DNA of 64,000 nt from a virus (taxonomy: Duplodnaviria > Caudoviricetes). Made by a program: the position numbers and the translations under genes. Below, piece after piece: positions 23,056-33,726 of the stretch. The stretch spans positions 52,196 through 116,195 of IMG/VR virus record IMGVR_UViG_2687453780_000005. One strand, written 5' to 3'. The notes under the pieces were generated by a model. The model was given only the letters and a program-made list of their open reading frames with translations, was not told where the DNA came from and did not search any database. Numbering within the stretch: position 1 is the first letter of the stretch; every line of letters starts with the position of its first letter.

Positions 23056-23989
23056 TTTTTCGAAAATAGACTCAAAATCTACAGCAGCAGCAAAATACAT
23101 CAATGGACAGAATCCTTTTCAATATGAGGAAGAGTTTGGAGCAGACTTTATTCACTTTACTGATAAGATGATATCAGATATGTTGCTTGAAAAGAAGAGG
23201 TATTATAGATTATTCTATTTATCGAAAGCAATAACATATTACCGTCAATTCTACGACTACTGTAGGAGTTGTGGATATATTAATAATAATCCTGTAAGCG
23301 ATAATTCCATATATTTTACTTATTCATATATGTTGCAAAAAATTGTTAAACTCGGAAACGTAGAATTATATTCAAGAAATTATATTACAAGTAAATGCAA
23401 CGGGTTTGACGAAAATACTCCATATTACAAATCAATTGCACTGTCCATCTATGAAGGTGTTAAAGACTTTAACTCTCTATCTAAAATCAAGTACAGCGAT
23501 ATTGATTTTGAAAAAGGTATTATTAAAGTAGCCGATGATCATATAAAAATATCAGAAGAATTGCTTCAGACATATAAAGATATGTATGATATGAATTCCT
23601 TTAAGAATATGTCAAGACAAGAATACTTTTTATTTGATGATTCTATTGATTCTTTAATAAGGCAGTTTCAGAAAAGAGGAGAAGGAAAATCAAGTAATGA
23701 CTTGGTTAGATTTGCAAGATTTATGAGTTTAAAAATTGTCGAAACAGGCTTAGACTGTAATTTCATTTATGATTCTGGATTGATATTTAGGTTATCAGAA
23801 ATTCTTGGAAAAGAAAGATTATTAGAAATTCTTGAATATGATAGTGGCTTAAGTAAAAAAGAAAAAATAGAAAATAATAAGGCTATGCAAGCTGCCCTTA
23901 TAAAAGCAGGAAGCAATCTTCTGTGCAAAAACTTCTTGTTTGACTATAGAGTATATGGCGTTTGTTTGAAAAATAATTTAATAAAGTAA
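23030..23989 (+). CDS. MrpR (SPbeta YopR)-like repressor; degenerate tyrosine-recombinase fold
   Basis: SAM-like YRQFYDYCRSCGYINNNP; eroded box I SIYEGVKDFNSLSKIKYSDID; no HxxR or LGH; 319 aa. Confidence 0.62.
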   Translation: MTSKEILDNFSKIDSKSTAAAKYINGQNPFQYEEEFGADFIHFTDKMISDMLLEKKRYYRLFYLSKAITYYRQFYDYCRSCGYINNNPVSDNSIYFTYSYMLQKIVKLGNVELYSRNYITSKCNGFDENTPYYKSIALSIYEGVKDFNSLSKIKYSDIDFEKGIIKVADDHIKISEELLQTYKDMYDMNSFKNMSRQEYFLFDDSIDSLIRQFQKRGEGKSSNDLVRFARFMSLKIVETGLDCNFIYDSGLIFRLSEILGKERLLEILEYDSGLSKKEKIENNKAMQAALIKAGSNLLCKNFLFDYRVYGVCLKNNLIK

Positions 23990-24070
23990 TCCTTGAGTCT
24001 AAACGTCTATTAATGGCGTTTAAATTCAAGGGATTGAAATAAATAAAGAAAACCATAATGGAGGAATATA

Positions 24071-24397
24071 ATGGCTGAAATCGTTGAAGAGATTTTAAAC
24101 AATCAATCAAGAGGTTGTATAATTAGTATATTTACACCAACCGATAGCGATAAATACTATATGAGAAAATATTGTGCATCAATTGACTGTAATGGTATGC
24201 ATTTAATATTAAAAGATGATAAAAATAATGATTTAAGTATTAGCATTTCTATCGGCAATATTAAACTTCTGAATAAAGAGGAACTTTTTGAAAATTCAAT
24301 ATTACTGGATTTTTTGACGGAAGATAATATTAGATATGAAATGTACATAGCCGATTCATTTTACTCATCGGACATGCGGATCAAGCGCCATAATTAA
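24071..24397 (+). CDS. Hypothetical protein, paralog of 24454..24777
   Basis: Shared pattern of early NQ, SI.I...N..LL.KEE, and Y..YI. Confidence 0.6.
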   Translation: MAEIVEEILNNQSRGCIISIFTPTDSDKYYMRKYCASIDCNGMHLILKDDKNNDLSISISIGNIKLLNKEELFENSILLDFLTEDNIRYEMYIADSFYSSDMRIKRHN

Positions 24398-24453
24398 TGG
24401 TGTATTTTTTAATAGCATACACGAAAATAAAGAAAACCAAAAGCGAGGGTTAA

Positions 24454-24777
24454 ATGATTTCTTTCAAAGAACTAATAATGTCAAATCAATTAAAGGACAT
24501 AGTTATTCATGTGGATTATATGTCAGGTGAATGTGTGGAAGTTGATATAAAAAAATATAAGCTTTTTAAATGCGAAGAACCAGGACAAGCACTGGTGGTG
24601 GGCGATACACCGATTCCATCAATTAGAATATTTACAGATAATGTGGAGCTGTTGAGTAAGGAAGAAATGCTGGGAAAAGTAATTGCAATAGAAGCCAGGC
24701 ACAAAGATACATATTATAACTTTTACATACATAGTGGGCTTGACTTTACGAAAACAACAATTGAAGATGTTGCTTGA
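24454..24777 (+). CDS. Hypothetical protein, paralog of 24071..24397
   Basis: Same pattern; both genes preceded by AAATAAAGAAAACC. Confidence 0.6.
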   Translation: MISFKELIMSNQLKDIVIHVDYMSGECVEVDIKKYKLFKCEEPGQALVVGDTPIPSIRIFTDNVELLSKEEMLGKVIAIEARHKDTYYNFYIHSGLDFTKTTIEDVA

Positions 24778-24858
24778 AAATGCGTATTTGCTAGTGAGAT
24801 ATAGCAATTAAAAACAGAATCTTATTTGAAATAAAAATCTAAATAGAGAAAGGATATT

Positions 24859-27800
24859 ATGGAGAAAAAGTTAATGTGCATTGATGCACTTGGAAGCAAT
24901 ACACCGGATGATTTGATTCCGATAGTAGAGAAATATCACAAAAAATTAAATGAGTTTACAGATGAGTTTGTAGACGATTGTATTAAGGAGAATATTGAAT
25001 ATTGTTCTGCCTTTGGCTTTCTGTTTTCTCACTTAGATCATCTGTTAGCTATGAAGTATGCCAAAAGAAATTATGAAATAAAAAAGGGGAATGTATGAAC
25101 GCAGAAGAATACATGAAGCAATATGAACCCAATGCATATATTAGATATCTGAATTATCGCAGAAAAGATAATATTCCTAAACCTGGCACCATTATAAAAA
25201 CACTGAAGGGCGGATTCGGCTCTTTATATGAAGGAAGAATATTTGTAATATATGAAATAAATGAACGGTACATAGTTCTTGTCTCTCCTAATTGGGAAGA
25301 CGAACTTGATGATTGGGACATTGAAGCTGGGATTAATGAACCACAAGATTGCTACTTGTCTGACATAAATGAGTGGTGGGAAGAACTTGAAATTTTATCT
25401 GAGAAGAACTGATGAGTTGAACCTTTTAATGAGAGATGGGAGAAAATAATGGGATATTACGGTAATAATGTAGAGCCAGAAAAGAAAATAGTAAAGATCA
25501 AGGTTGAATTTGAAGCCATACCAATTAGACATATGGCTGTGCAATGCTCAGACTGCAAAAATTGGTTTCATGGGAATGATATTTACAAAGATGGCTGTAG
25601 CTATAAGCATGATATTTTTTGGAACGAATGTGAATGTCCAAAATGCGGAAACCGTTTTATAGTATCAGAGAACAGCGATTTAGGTAGCGCTAATTTTCCT
25701 GAGTTTTATAAAGAATGTCTTCAGAAGAAGGAGGTTTGGGAATGACTTTAGAAAAAGTGAACGAACTGATGGTGCTTTGTGAATTAGAACAGTCAATCTT
25801 ATGTTTGGGAAAAATTGAAGAGGCGAAAGAAGGCTACTTTGCTGATGAAATTGAAAATCCTCGGCTAGAAAGGTTCTATCAGCTACAAAACAAATACCAT
25901 TATGGTTGGTACATAGCTCGTGACGATATAGATGAACAGATAGTTCAAATCAATAAGTTTAAGGAGTATATTCTTAAACAATAATTGCGAACAAACTCGT
26001 GTTTGATAGTAAATGAAAGGAAGGCTTAAAATGAAAAAGGAATATGAAACCGAGCAATTTATAAAAGGGGCAATTGCCATAAGAGTAGTGTCCGATGAAC
26101 AATCGAGATTTTTAATAAAACTCTCAGTAGAGAATGGTTTTGAAAACGGCGATAGTAATGATTACATTACTGAGGACACCTATAAAAGATATCCATATTA
26201 TTACATAGAAGATGACTATCAATTACAGGCATCGCAGTATAAAGAAACCGCCATAGAGGAGTGTGGTGAAGTAATGGAATTTGAAACTTGGTTTGGGCAG
26301 ATTTTGGACAAGGATAAGTAGATAAAATCTTTGTTTGGTGAGGAGGTATAATGCTTATAGAAAAGCGAATTTGTGATATATGTAAGAAAAATGATCAAGT
26401 AGAAGTTTTAAAATAAAACAGAGCCTTAAGGGTCACTATGAAAGGACTGGATATGGAGGGCGATGGAATCCATTATCTTGGACATCATATGAAACTATTG
26501 ATATCTGCGGAGACTGCGCCGAGAAAATACTTGGATTGTCGTACAGGGATAGTAATGGCTATGGCAAAAGCCCTGGGTTAAAATAGGAGGTAAGCATGAA
26601 TATATATTTAAAGTTGATTAAGCCAATTTTGGGATTGGATTGTAATAATTTTGAGTTTAGAGATGTTGATTCAATTTCAAATGACACGCATTTGGAAATT
26701 ATAGATAAAGCAAGTATGCAGCTTGAATTTAAATGTAGGTTGGATAATATTGATAGTCTTGTAAAGGAAGAATAATTTACTATAGAAGGATAATTTTATA
26801 AAAAGATGGAGGAATATGAATGGGGAGTTTTAGTTGGTTAAAAGCAGACAATTTAACTAAAGTGGCGAATGTATTAGAAGGAAAGCCTTTCAAGTTTTTG
26901 ATTCCAAAAGAGTTTGGTGGAGGTTTTATTAAAGATTATTACCAGGATTATGGTTATCTGGGTTCTAAGAAAGACGGTAAACCAAAATATGATATGTATG
27001 AGGTATTGGCATTTTGGAATAGTGTGAGAAATGTTCCATTTGGGAAATTATCAATTAAAAAAGAATTAAAATATGACGAAGAATTTCCGTTAATGAAAGA
27101 AATAGACCAATATACGGGCGATAATAGGCACTTAGGAATTGACATTGGTTGCCATAAGGAAGAAATTGATAAATTAAAATATCCTCTTAAATTAGTTTCG
27201 GCCTCATATAGTGGCACATATGAAGAATGTGAAGGTAGGAGTTACGGAGATCCTAATCAGGGGTGGGCACCAGTGTACAGAAAAGAAGAGGTTGTTTAAG
27301 TGAAGAGATTGACAAGAAGAAGTAACGTTGGAGAAGGGCTTCCTGCAAGTCACTTGAATTTAATGGTTATGGACACTACAAGTCAAGATACACTCACAGA
27401 AATTCTGGAATTATTAGCGGCCTATGAAGATACTGGATTATCACCAGAAGAGATAGAAACTGCTAAGAGTGCGGCGAAGCTGTTTTATAAGGATTTTCCT
27501 AAAAATGTTGGGAAAGCAACTGATATGTTACCGACAGCACTTTTCAATGCTGATCTAAAAACTGATTAAAGGTGCATTTGATGAGGAATGGAGGCAGGTA
27601 AGTGAAAAGAGAAAACTATGACATAAAACAGGGGGCTAAAATAAATACTATAAAATTTGAAGGTCTGATTGCTCTTATAAAGGAAATAAATGATTCGGAG
27701 AACGTAGATGTCGTACATGTGATAAATTCTTTGCCTACAGAATTGGGAAGGAATCTTGCGAGATATATACTTGTGAAAATGAGAAATATGGATAGAATCG

Positions 27801-28257
27801 GAATTCTCTAAAGAAAGGAGAGTTGTTAATGGACGTTGTAGTTCAGTCAGATTATCAGGACATATATAGAATTACTGGCGGTGTCTTACTTGTGGTAAAT
27901 AAGTTTAAACAGATGGAGATAGATGGAGTAAAATATCCAAGGGTGGACTACTGTAGAAGGAATAACTCAAGATTATATAAACAAGGCTGCCAGAATCATT
28001 TAAAGATGTTGACAAAAGAATACGTAAAAGAGAAATCCTGTTTCGGGCCAGCATGGAGTGTACCATCAGGAACAGTATGTTATTGCGACATACCAGTTGA
28101 AATTGCTTCAAAAGATGAATGGGAGTATCAGATCAAGACAAGTGGAGAGTCGTTTTCTGGAAGAGATGAAAATATGATTGAATTTTTGAGGGAGATTGAA
28201 TTGATAATTAAAAAGACAGGTGAAGGAAGTTTGGTCGCCAACTCCACCTGTCAGTAA
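24859..28257 (+). other. Array of small hypothetical ORFs, several with Cys-rich Zn-ribbon motifs
   Basis: Co-oriented RBS-preceded ORFs; junction palindromes at 25991, 26323, 26783, 27566. Confidence 0.65.
26351..26586 (+). pseudogene. CxxC...CxxC protein split by a -1 frameshift at T TTA AAA
   Basis: MLIEKRICDICKK...EVLK stop; the -1 frame continues to IDICGDCAEK and TAG at 26584-26586. Confidence 0.5.
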
Positions 28258-28473
28258 GCAACACCTAGCGGATAGCATAAGTGTTATTTCTAATATAACA
28301 TTTCTAATGGCTTATTTCAAGCCGGTTATCCATCTATGAAAATTACAATGAAACTCCGCTTTTATTCGGTGGTTGCAAACACTGAGTTTAAGCGTAACAA
28401 ATAAAAAATAAGAAAGGTAAAACAGTAAATTCTAGGATAAAGAGAATGCGCATTCCCTGTATATAGGGAAAAT

Positions 28474-30102
28474 TTGAATACAGAAAATAAATGCGGAGCT
28501 TTAAATAAAGTAAGGTTAACTGGAAATATTTTATTTTCAGGAATTGGTGCTCAGGAACGAGGATTTGAAGACTCAGGATTGTTTGAAATAGAAGTATTAA
28601 CTACATCTGACATTTGTAAGGAAGCAGTTCTATCTTACGCTGCTATCCATTGTGGATTGACATGTAAAATGGTTGAAAACTACCCTGATTATCCAACTAG
28701 GGAAGAAATGGCACAGCATTTAACAAATATCAACTTGGGATATGAACCAGACAAAAATAAGTATTACGATTGGTTCAAACTAATAAAGAAGAAAAATAAA
28801 GAACTTGAAAAGTATTGGTTGGCATGTAAATTAAGTAACAATCTTGGTGATATTAGTAAAATTGAGGAATTACCATATGCTGACTTTTGGACAGTAAGTT
28901 TCTGTTGCCAAGATATTTCGGTGGCTGGAAAAATGAAGGGGTTAAAGCCCGACAGTGGAACGAGGAGTAGTTTGCTTTGGGATAATATTAAGTTATTAGA
29001 GAGAGCAAAAAATAATAGTACTCTTCCAAAATACATTATGTTTGAAAATGTAAAGAATTTGGTAAGCAAGAAGTTTATTAATGATTTTAATGATTTAATT
29101 GATGTGCTTGGAGAACTTGGATTCAATACATATTGGAAAGTGATTAATGGAAAAGACTGTGGGATTCCTCAAAATCGTGAAAGAGTTTTTGTTATCGCAA
29201 TTCGTAAAGATATTGATACTGAGAAATTTGAGTTTCCGACTCCATTTGATAATGGATTAAGGCTCAGAGATATTCTTGATACTGTTGTCGATGAGAGGTT
29301 TTATCTATCAGATGAAAAGGTAAAAGATATGATCTCTAATATGAGTCCTTGTTGCAAAAATAAAAACTCTGTTATTCGAATTGGTAAAATCAATTCATCT
29401 CAGGACGGACTGGTTGTTGACATCAATGGATTGTCTCCAACCCATACATCTGGGCATGGAAATTCACCTAAGATTATAACAGTTGGTAATGTTAATCCGT
29501 CTGGTAACGGAATGAATGGTAATGTATTTTCTGACAATGGTTTGGCACCCACATTAACTACTAATAAAGGTGAAGGGAATAAGATTCTAATCAATAAGGA
29601 GTCGAATGAACTTCAGCAGGTTGGCTCCATAAACAATTATAACGATGATGCTAATCGTGTTTATAGTGATAATCTTGCAAGAACGCTAAAAAGTGAAGCT
29701 GGTGGAGGGGGTGCTAAAACTGGCTGGTGTCAAACCAGCGTAGAATGTAACCACACAGAATTTCCTTGTATTTATGATGATAGGGATAAGGGGTTTGGAG
29801 TAAAAACGTCTGATTATTGTCCCACTCAAAGAGCTGAAAGATTTGGAATTAAGTGTATTGAAGTAACCAAGAGGGTGAGAAAACTTATTCCTAAAGAATG
29901 CTGGAGACTCATGGGGTTCAGAGACTCAGATTGCGAAGCAGCTTCGAATATTGGAGTAGCAGATTCACATTTATATAAGGAAGCTGGCAATTCTATTATA
30001 ACAAACTGCGTCAGACTTCTGGCGGAGCATTTGTATAAGGCTCAATATGATAATACATATAAGTGTACCGATGAAAATTTTACACAACCACAGGTGGATT
30101 AA
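28474..30102 (+). CDS. C5-cytosine DNA methyltransferase, multi-TRD phage type
   Basis: LFSGIG (I), FCCQDIS (IV, PC to CC variant), FENVKNL (VI), PQNRERVF (VIII), repeated TRD-like units, RKLIPKECWRLMGF and AGNSI (IX-X). Confidence 0.92.
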   Translation: MNTENKCGALNKVRLTGNILFSGIGAQERGFEDSGLFEIEVLTTSDICKEAVLSYAAIHCGLTCKMVENYPDYPTREEMAQHLTNINLGYEPDKNKYYDWFKLIKKKNKELEKYWLACKLSNNLGDISKIEELPYADFWTVSFCCQDISVAGKMKGLKPDSGTRSSLLWDNIKLLERAKNNSTLPKYIMFENVKNLVSKKFINDFNDLIDVLGELGFNTYWKVINGKDCGIPQNRERVFVIAIRKDIDTEKFEFPTPFDNGLRLRDILDTVVDERFYLSDEKVKDMISNMSPCCKNKNSVIRIGKINSSQDGLVVDINGLSPTHTSGHGNSPKIITVGNVNPSGNGMNGNVFSDNGLAPTLTTNKGEGNKILINKESNELQQVGSINNYNDDANRVYSDNLARTLKSEAGGGGAKTGWCQTSVECNHTEFPCIYDDRDKGFGVKTSDYCPTQRAERFGIKCIEVTKRVRKLIPKECWRLMGFRDSDCEAASNIGVADSHLYKEAGNSIITNCVRLLAEHLYKAQYDNTYKCTDENFTQPQVD

Positions 30103-30115
30103 ATTCTGCTTGTGG
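30075..30115 (+). promoter_or_regulatory. Putative -1 programmed ribosomal frameshift signal
   Basis: A AAT TTT heptamer 30075-30081 in the MTase frame, 6-nt spacer, 11-bp hairpin 30088-30098/30105-30115. Confidence 0.6.
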
Positions 30116-30125
30116 AGATCAACCA

Positions 30126-30410
30126 GTGTTATTAGGCGGAGTTGGAGAAATAAACTTTGGGAAGCAATACAGACAAGGGAATCGAATTTATGATTCAAAT
30201 CATATTGCAATGTGTGTTCTGTCTCAACCAGTGGGAAATGCGGGGGGATATAGTTACTTATATGCAGTATATGAACCAATTTGTGCTGCTATGAGAGGCA
30301 GATACGATGAAGATGGCAAGATTCAACAGCAATTAGAACCGAGATATGATGGTTTAACCAACACAATTACAACGGTTACTAAGGACAATTTAATTGTAGA
30401 GAACAGATGA
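30126..30410 (+). CDS. MTase TRD-like module, probably a frameshift extension of the C5 MTase
   Basis: QGNRIYDSNHIAMC and LEPRYDGLTNTITTVTKDN resemble the MTase internal TRD units; lies in the -1 frame, open from 30075. Confidence 0.65.
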   Translation: MLLGGVGEINFGKQYRQGNRIYDSNHIAMCVLSQPVGNAGGYSYLYAVYEPICAAMRGRYDEDGKIQQQLEPRYDGLTNTITTVTKDNLIVENR

Positions 30411-30429
30411 AATTAAAGTTTGCTTCAGA

Positions 30430-31256
30430 ATGGAGGTAATTAAAATAAAGAAAGGTATCGTCGGTTTTATCAAAAGAATTATTGGATATTGTGACGGTTG
30501 CAGAGACTGTAAGAATAGATTTTTTAAATATCCTAAGAGGTTTCGTATGAGAACTATGTACGAAGATGAAGAATCAAATTACATAACGTGTTGTAAGGGA
30601 TATTTCGAAAATGTTATTAAACCATATTGGGACGAAAGATGGGAAGAGTTTTATTCTTCCAGATTGTAGGGAGGAATTGATTGAAAACTGTAGCTAACTT
30701 TAGATGTAAAGAATGTGATGATATTTTTTGGGCGGAATCCGGCAAATGGACGAAGTGTAAATGTGGAAAGTGCGAAGTTGAACCGCTTGAAATGGGTAGC
30801 ACGGCGTATAGGGGTAAACAGTGCTTCGAGAGGCTTAAAGATGGTGAAGACCACACATATTACGATGAAAGCGATTTTTATATTATGGAAGGGGAGGTGC
30901 TAGATTTATTTAATAAGATGAAGCAGATGTGCGAAGAACTAGACTTTCACATATACGAATCATTCAAGAAAAGCGAAGATGGAGATGAATATTTATCTTA
31001 TATAAATTACACAAACTCAGACCTGATTAATCATAATGAGATGAACGAAGTACAATTTTGCGTAAGATTTGATAAGTATTTTAATGCAGGGGACTATATT
31101 GGCAGACTAAATTCCTTTTACGAATTTCTTTTATATTTAAAAAATAATCCGGAGCTTCTAAAAAAGCGAAAAGAATTATTGGACTATTCTTATAAAAATG
31201 ATGTTGAGTGGGATAGGAAACAAGTAAAAGATTATGATTATACGTTTTATTTTTAG
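30430..31256 (+). other. Two Cys-rich hypothetical ORFs (30430-30669, 30681-31256)
   Basis: ORF track; RBS before 30681. Confidence 0.6.
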
Positions 31257-31400
31257 AATAGAAACAGAGTTTAATTGGAGGGAAGACGTAAACATTAGAA
31301 GACTTGGTTTTGAGAGAATTATGAAATGACGATTTCAATTGGTAAACCCATATTTAGCCGAGAAAAGTGCGAGGGAATAAAACTCCCTCGCAGGTGAAAA

Positions 31401-31607
31401 CTATCGAACAATGCTATATTTTCTATTACAATTTGGACAACAAAGACCTACACTAGGCCAGTCCTGTTCGAGTTTGTCCTTCCAATATGTGATTGGAACA
31501 CGACCGCTGCAATTTGAATAATGGCATTCAAAAGTATCATCTTCATTTTGAACAGTACTTAATGGCCCAGCAATTGAGCGTTCTTCTTCTACTAATATCT
31601 CATGCAT
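31401..31607 (-). CDS. Inverted small Zn-binding hypothetical protein with its own promoter and terminator
   Basis: GGAGG RBS; TG-TATAAT on the minus strand near 31634-31641; hairpin TGCGAGGGA/TCCCTCGCA at 31367-31392. Confidence 0.65.
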   Translation of the reverse strand: MHEILVEEERSIAGPLSTVQNEDDTFECHYSNCSGRVPITYWKDKLEQDWPSVGLCCPNCNRKYSIVR

Positions 31608-31743
31608 AATACCACCTCCATATTTGATTCTTAAATTATACAGGTTTTTAGCGGTGGTGGCAATGCATTATGAGAAAGGGATGCTTTATATGACTGTACA
31701 TTTATTGTAAGAGTGTAAATTTTTGAAAACGGAGAAGTAAATT

Positions 31744-32464
31744 ATGGAAGTTACTATCGGGGATAAGATTTATATTTCAAATGAAAAGAAGCCGTATACC
31801 GTAAAAGCTAGAGACAATAGATACATCATTTGTACAAAACCATTCAATCCTCAAAGAACAGTCTTATATTTCATAATTGATTTAGAAGCAAAACGTAGAG
31901 CACCAGATGATAGAGTATTTTGTTCTGGGTATGAGACAGATGAACATTGTATGGCAAGATTAAGAGAATTACAGAGTGGCAAGATTGGATTGAGTTGGCG
32001 GAGAGGTATTCCACTGGACGTTGATGTGGAATAGAAATTGAGATATTGCCAATAGAAGTAACGATTCAACGGAGAATTAAATTATTGAAAGGTGGTGAAA
32101 AGTAGTGCATCCGAACAAATTTTTTAAGGAAGTATCCTGCAAGACAGGGTTAGATATTTTTGAAATATTCGATGAAGATATTAAATTGAAATTGCAGAAT
32201 GTTCATCCTAAGAACTTCCTTAAAACAAAAATAACGTTACCTGTCTATAAGGTCACACTAGATTATTATACAGAAAATGATAATCACAAGATTGTCGAGC
32301 GATATATGGTTATGGATAGCCCTGGTGAAGAAGAATTTTCTGATTTTTGGGCAGATATTTATTGCCGCGATTATAACCAAGAGAATCCGGATAGGCAAAT
32401 GAAAAATTTGACTATAAATGATGTTGTACATATATGTGACGCTGTGCTACCAATTGGTTGTTGA
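31744..32464 (+). other. Two hypothetical ORFs (31744-32034, 32105-32464)
   Basis: RBS-preceded ORFs separated by the motif at 32053. Confidence 0.6.
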
Positions 32465-32640
32465 TAGATGTCGATTGTATTTAGAACCTTTATTTATTAA
32501 AGGTTGTCACGAGGTTGCAAAAATGGATCGTTGATTTAAAGCAATCGAAAAAGGAATGTGATAGTGACGTAAAAAGACACTCACTAAGTATGGCTTTACC
32601 TCATAAAAAGCGAAATTGATTTTTATGAGGAGAATACATA

Positions 32641-33726
32641 TTGACATTAGAACTAGGTGAGATTTTTAATACATTGCCTAAAGACGTAATAATAACCAAC
32701 AATTTTATAAAGGCATGGAAAATAATAAATAACCCAGATTACGAAAAGATAGTTTGCTCTATTTCCGGTGGCTCAGATAGCGATGATATGTTAGATATTT
32801 GCTATAAATGCGACATAAATAAAAAGATTGATTATGTGTGGTTCAATACCGGCCTGGAATATGAAGCTACCAAAGAACACTTAAAATACTTGGAAGAAAA
32901 ATATGATGTTGTTATCAAGGAAATTAAAGCAATAAAGCCAATTCCAGTATCTTGTAAAGAATACGGGCAGCCGTTCATTTCTAAGCAGGTTAGTGAATTT
33001 ATCGGACGATTGCAAAAATACGGGTTTAAGTGGGAGGATAGAACTTTTGATGAATTACTTGTTAAATATTGTGTTGAAATTCCTGAATCCGAAGCAGTTA
33101 AAAACGGGAAGATTAAAAAAGGAATTGCAAAACATCAGGATAAGTATTGGAGAGGTTGCGTTTCAGCTCTAGAGTGGTGGTGTAATACTAAGAAGTCTAA
33201 GAAATTAGGAATTACACAAAACAAATGGTTAAAGGAATTTTTAATTGCCTATCCTCCGTTAGATATACCAATATCAAATAAGTGTTGCATAGGAGCTAAA
33301 AAGGCTGTCATTCATAAATTACTCAAAGAAGGAGGTTATGGACTTAGCATCGTCGGAATTAGGAAAGCAGAAGGTGGAGCAAGAGCAACTGCTTATAAGA
33401 ATTGCTTTGACGAAAACGATGATTCTTGTGATAATTATAGGCCATTATTCTTTTATAAGAATGATACGAAAACTGTCTATGAAAATCATTTTAATATTTG
33501 CCATAGTAAATGTTATATGGAGTATGGTCTGAAAAGAACTGGTTGTGCCGGTTGCCCCTTTGGTAGAGATTTTGAGTTTGAACTAGAAGTAATACAGAAA
33601 TATGAGCCAAAACTATTTGCGGCGGTAAATTACATATTCGGCAAAAGTTATGAGTACACAAGACGCTATAGAGAATTCTGTAAGATGATGAATGAGCAAG
33701 AGAAACAAAATAAACCAAGGAAATAA
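32641..33726 (+). CDS. Phosphoadenosine phosphosulfate reductase-family (PP-loop) protein
   Basis: SISGGSDSD PP-loop, FNTGLEY, KCC, GIRKAEG, RTGCAGCPF. Confidence 0.88.
   Translation: MTLELGEIFNTLPKDVIITNNFIKAWKIINNPDYEKIVCSISGGSDSDDMLDICYKCDINKKIDYVWFNTGLEYEATKEHLKYLEEKYDVVIKEIKAIKPIPVSCKEYGQPFISKQVSEFIGRLQKYGFKWEDRTFDELLVKYCVEIPESEAVKNGKIKKGIAKHQDKYWRGCVSALEWWCNTKKSKKLGITQNKWLKEFLIAYPPLDIPISNKCCIGAKKAVIHKLLKEGGYGLSIVGIRKAEGGARATAYKNCFDENDDSCDNYRPLFFYKNDTKTVYENHFNICHSKCYMEYGLKRTGCAGCPFGRDFEFELEVIQKYEPKLFAAVNYIFGKSYEYTRRYREFCKMMNEQEKQNKPRK

Noticed and set aside
22391-24777. Arbitrium (aimR/aimP) system
   Set aside because: No TPR-type receptor or short secreted pro-peptide gene recognisable in this window
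28474-30410. Diversity-generating retroelement or invertible TRD shufflon at the MTase
   Set aside because: No reverse transcriptase, no template/variable repeat pair and no inverted TRD copies seen
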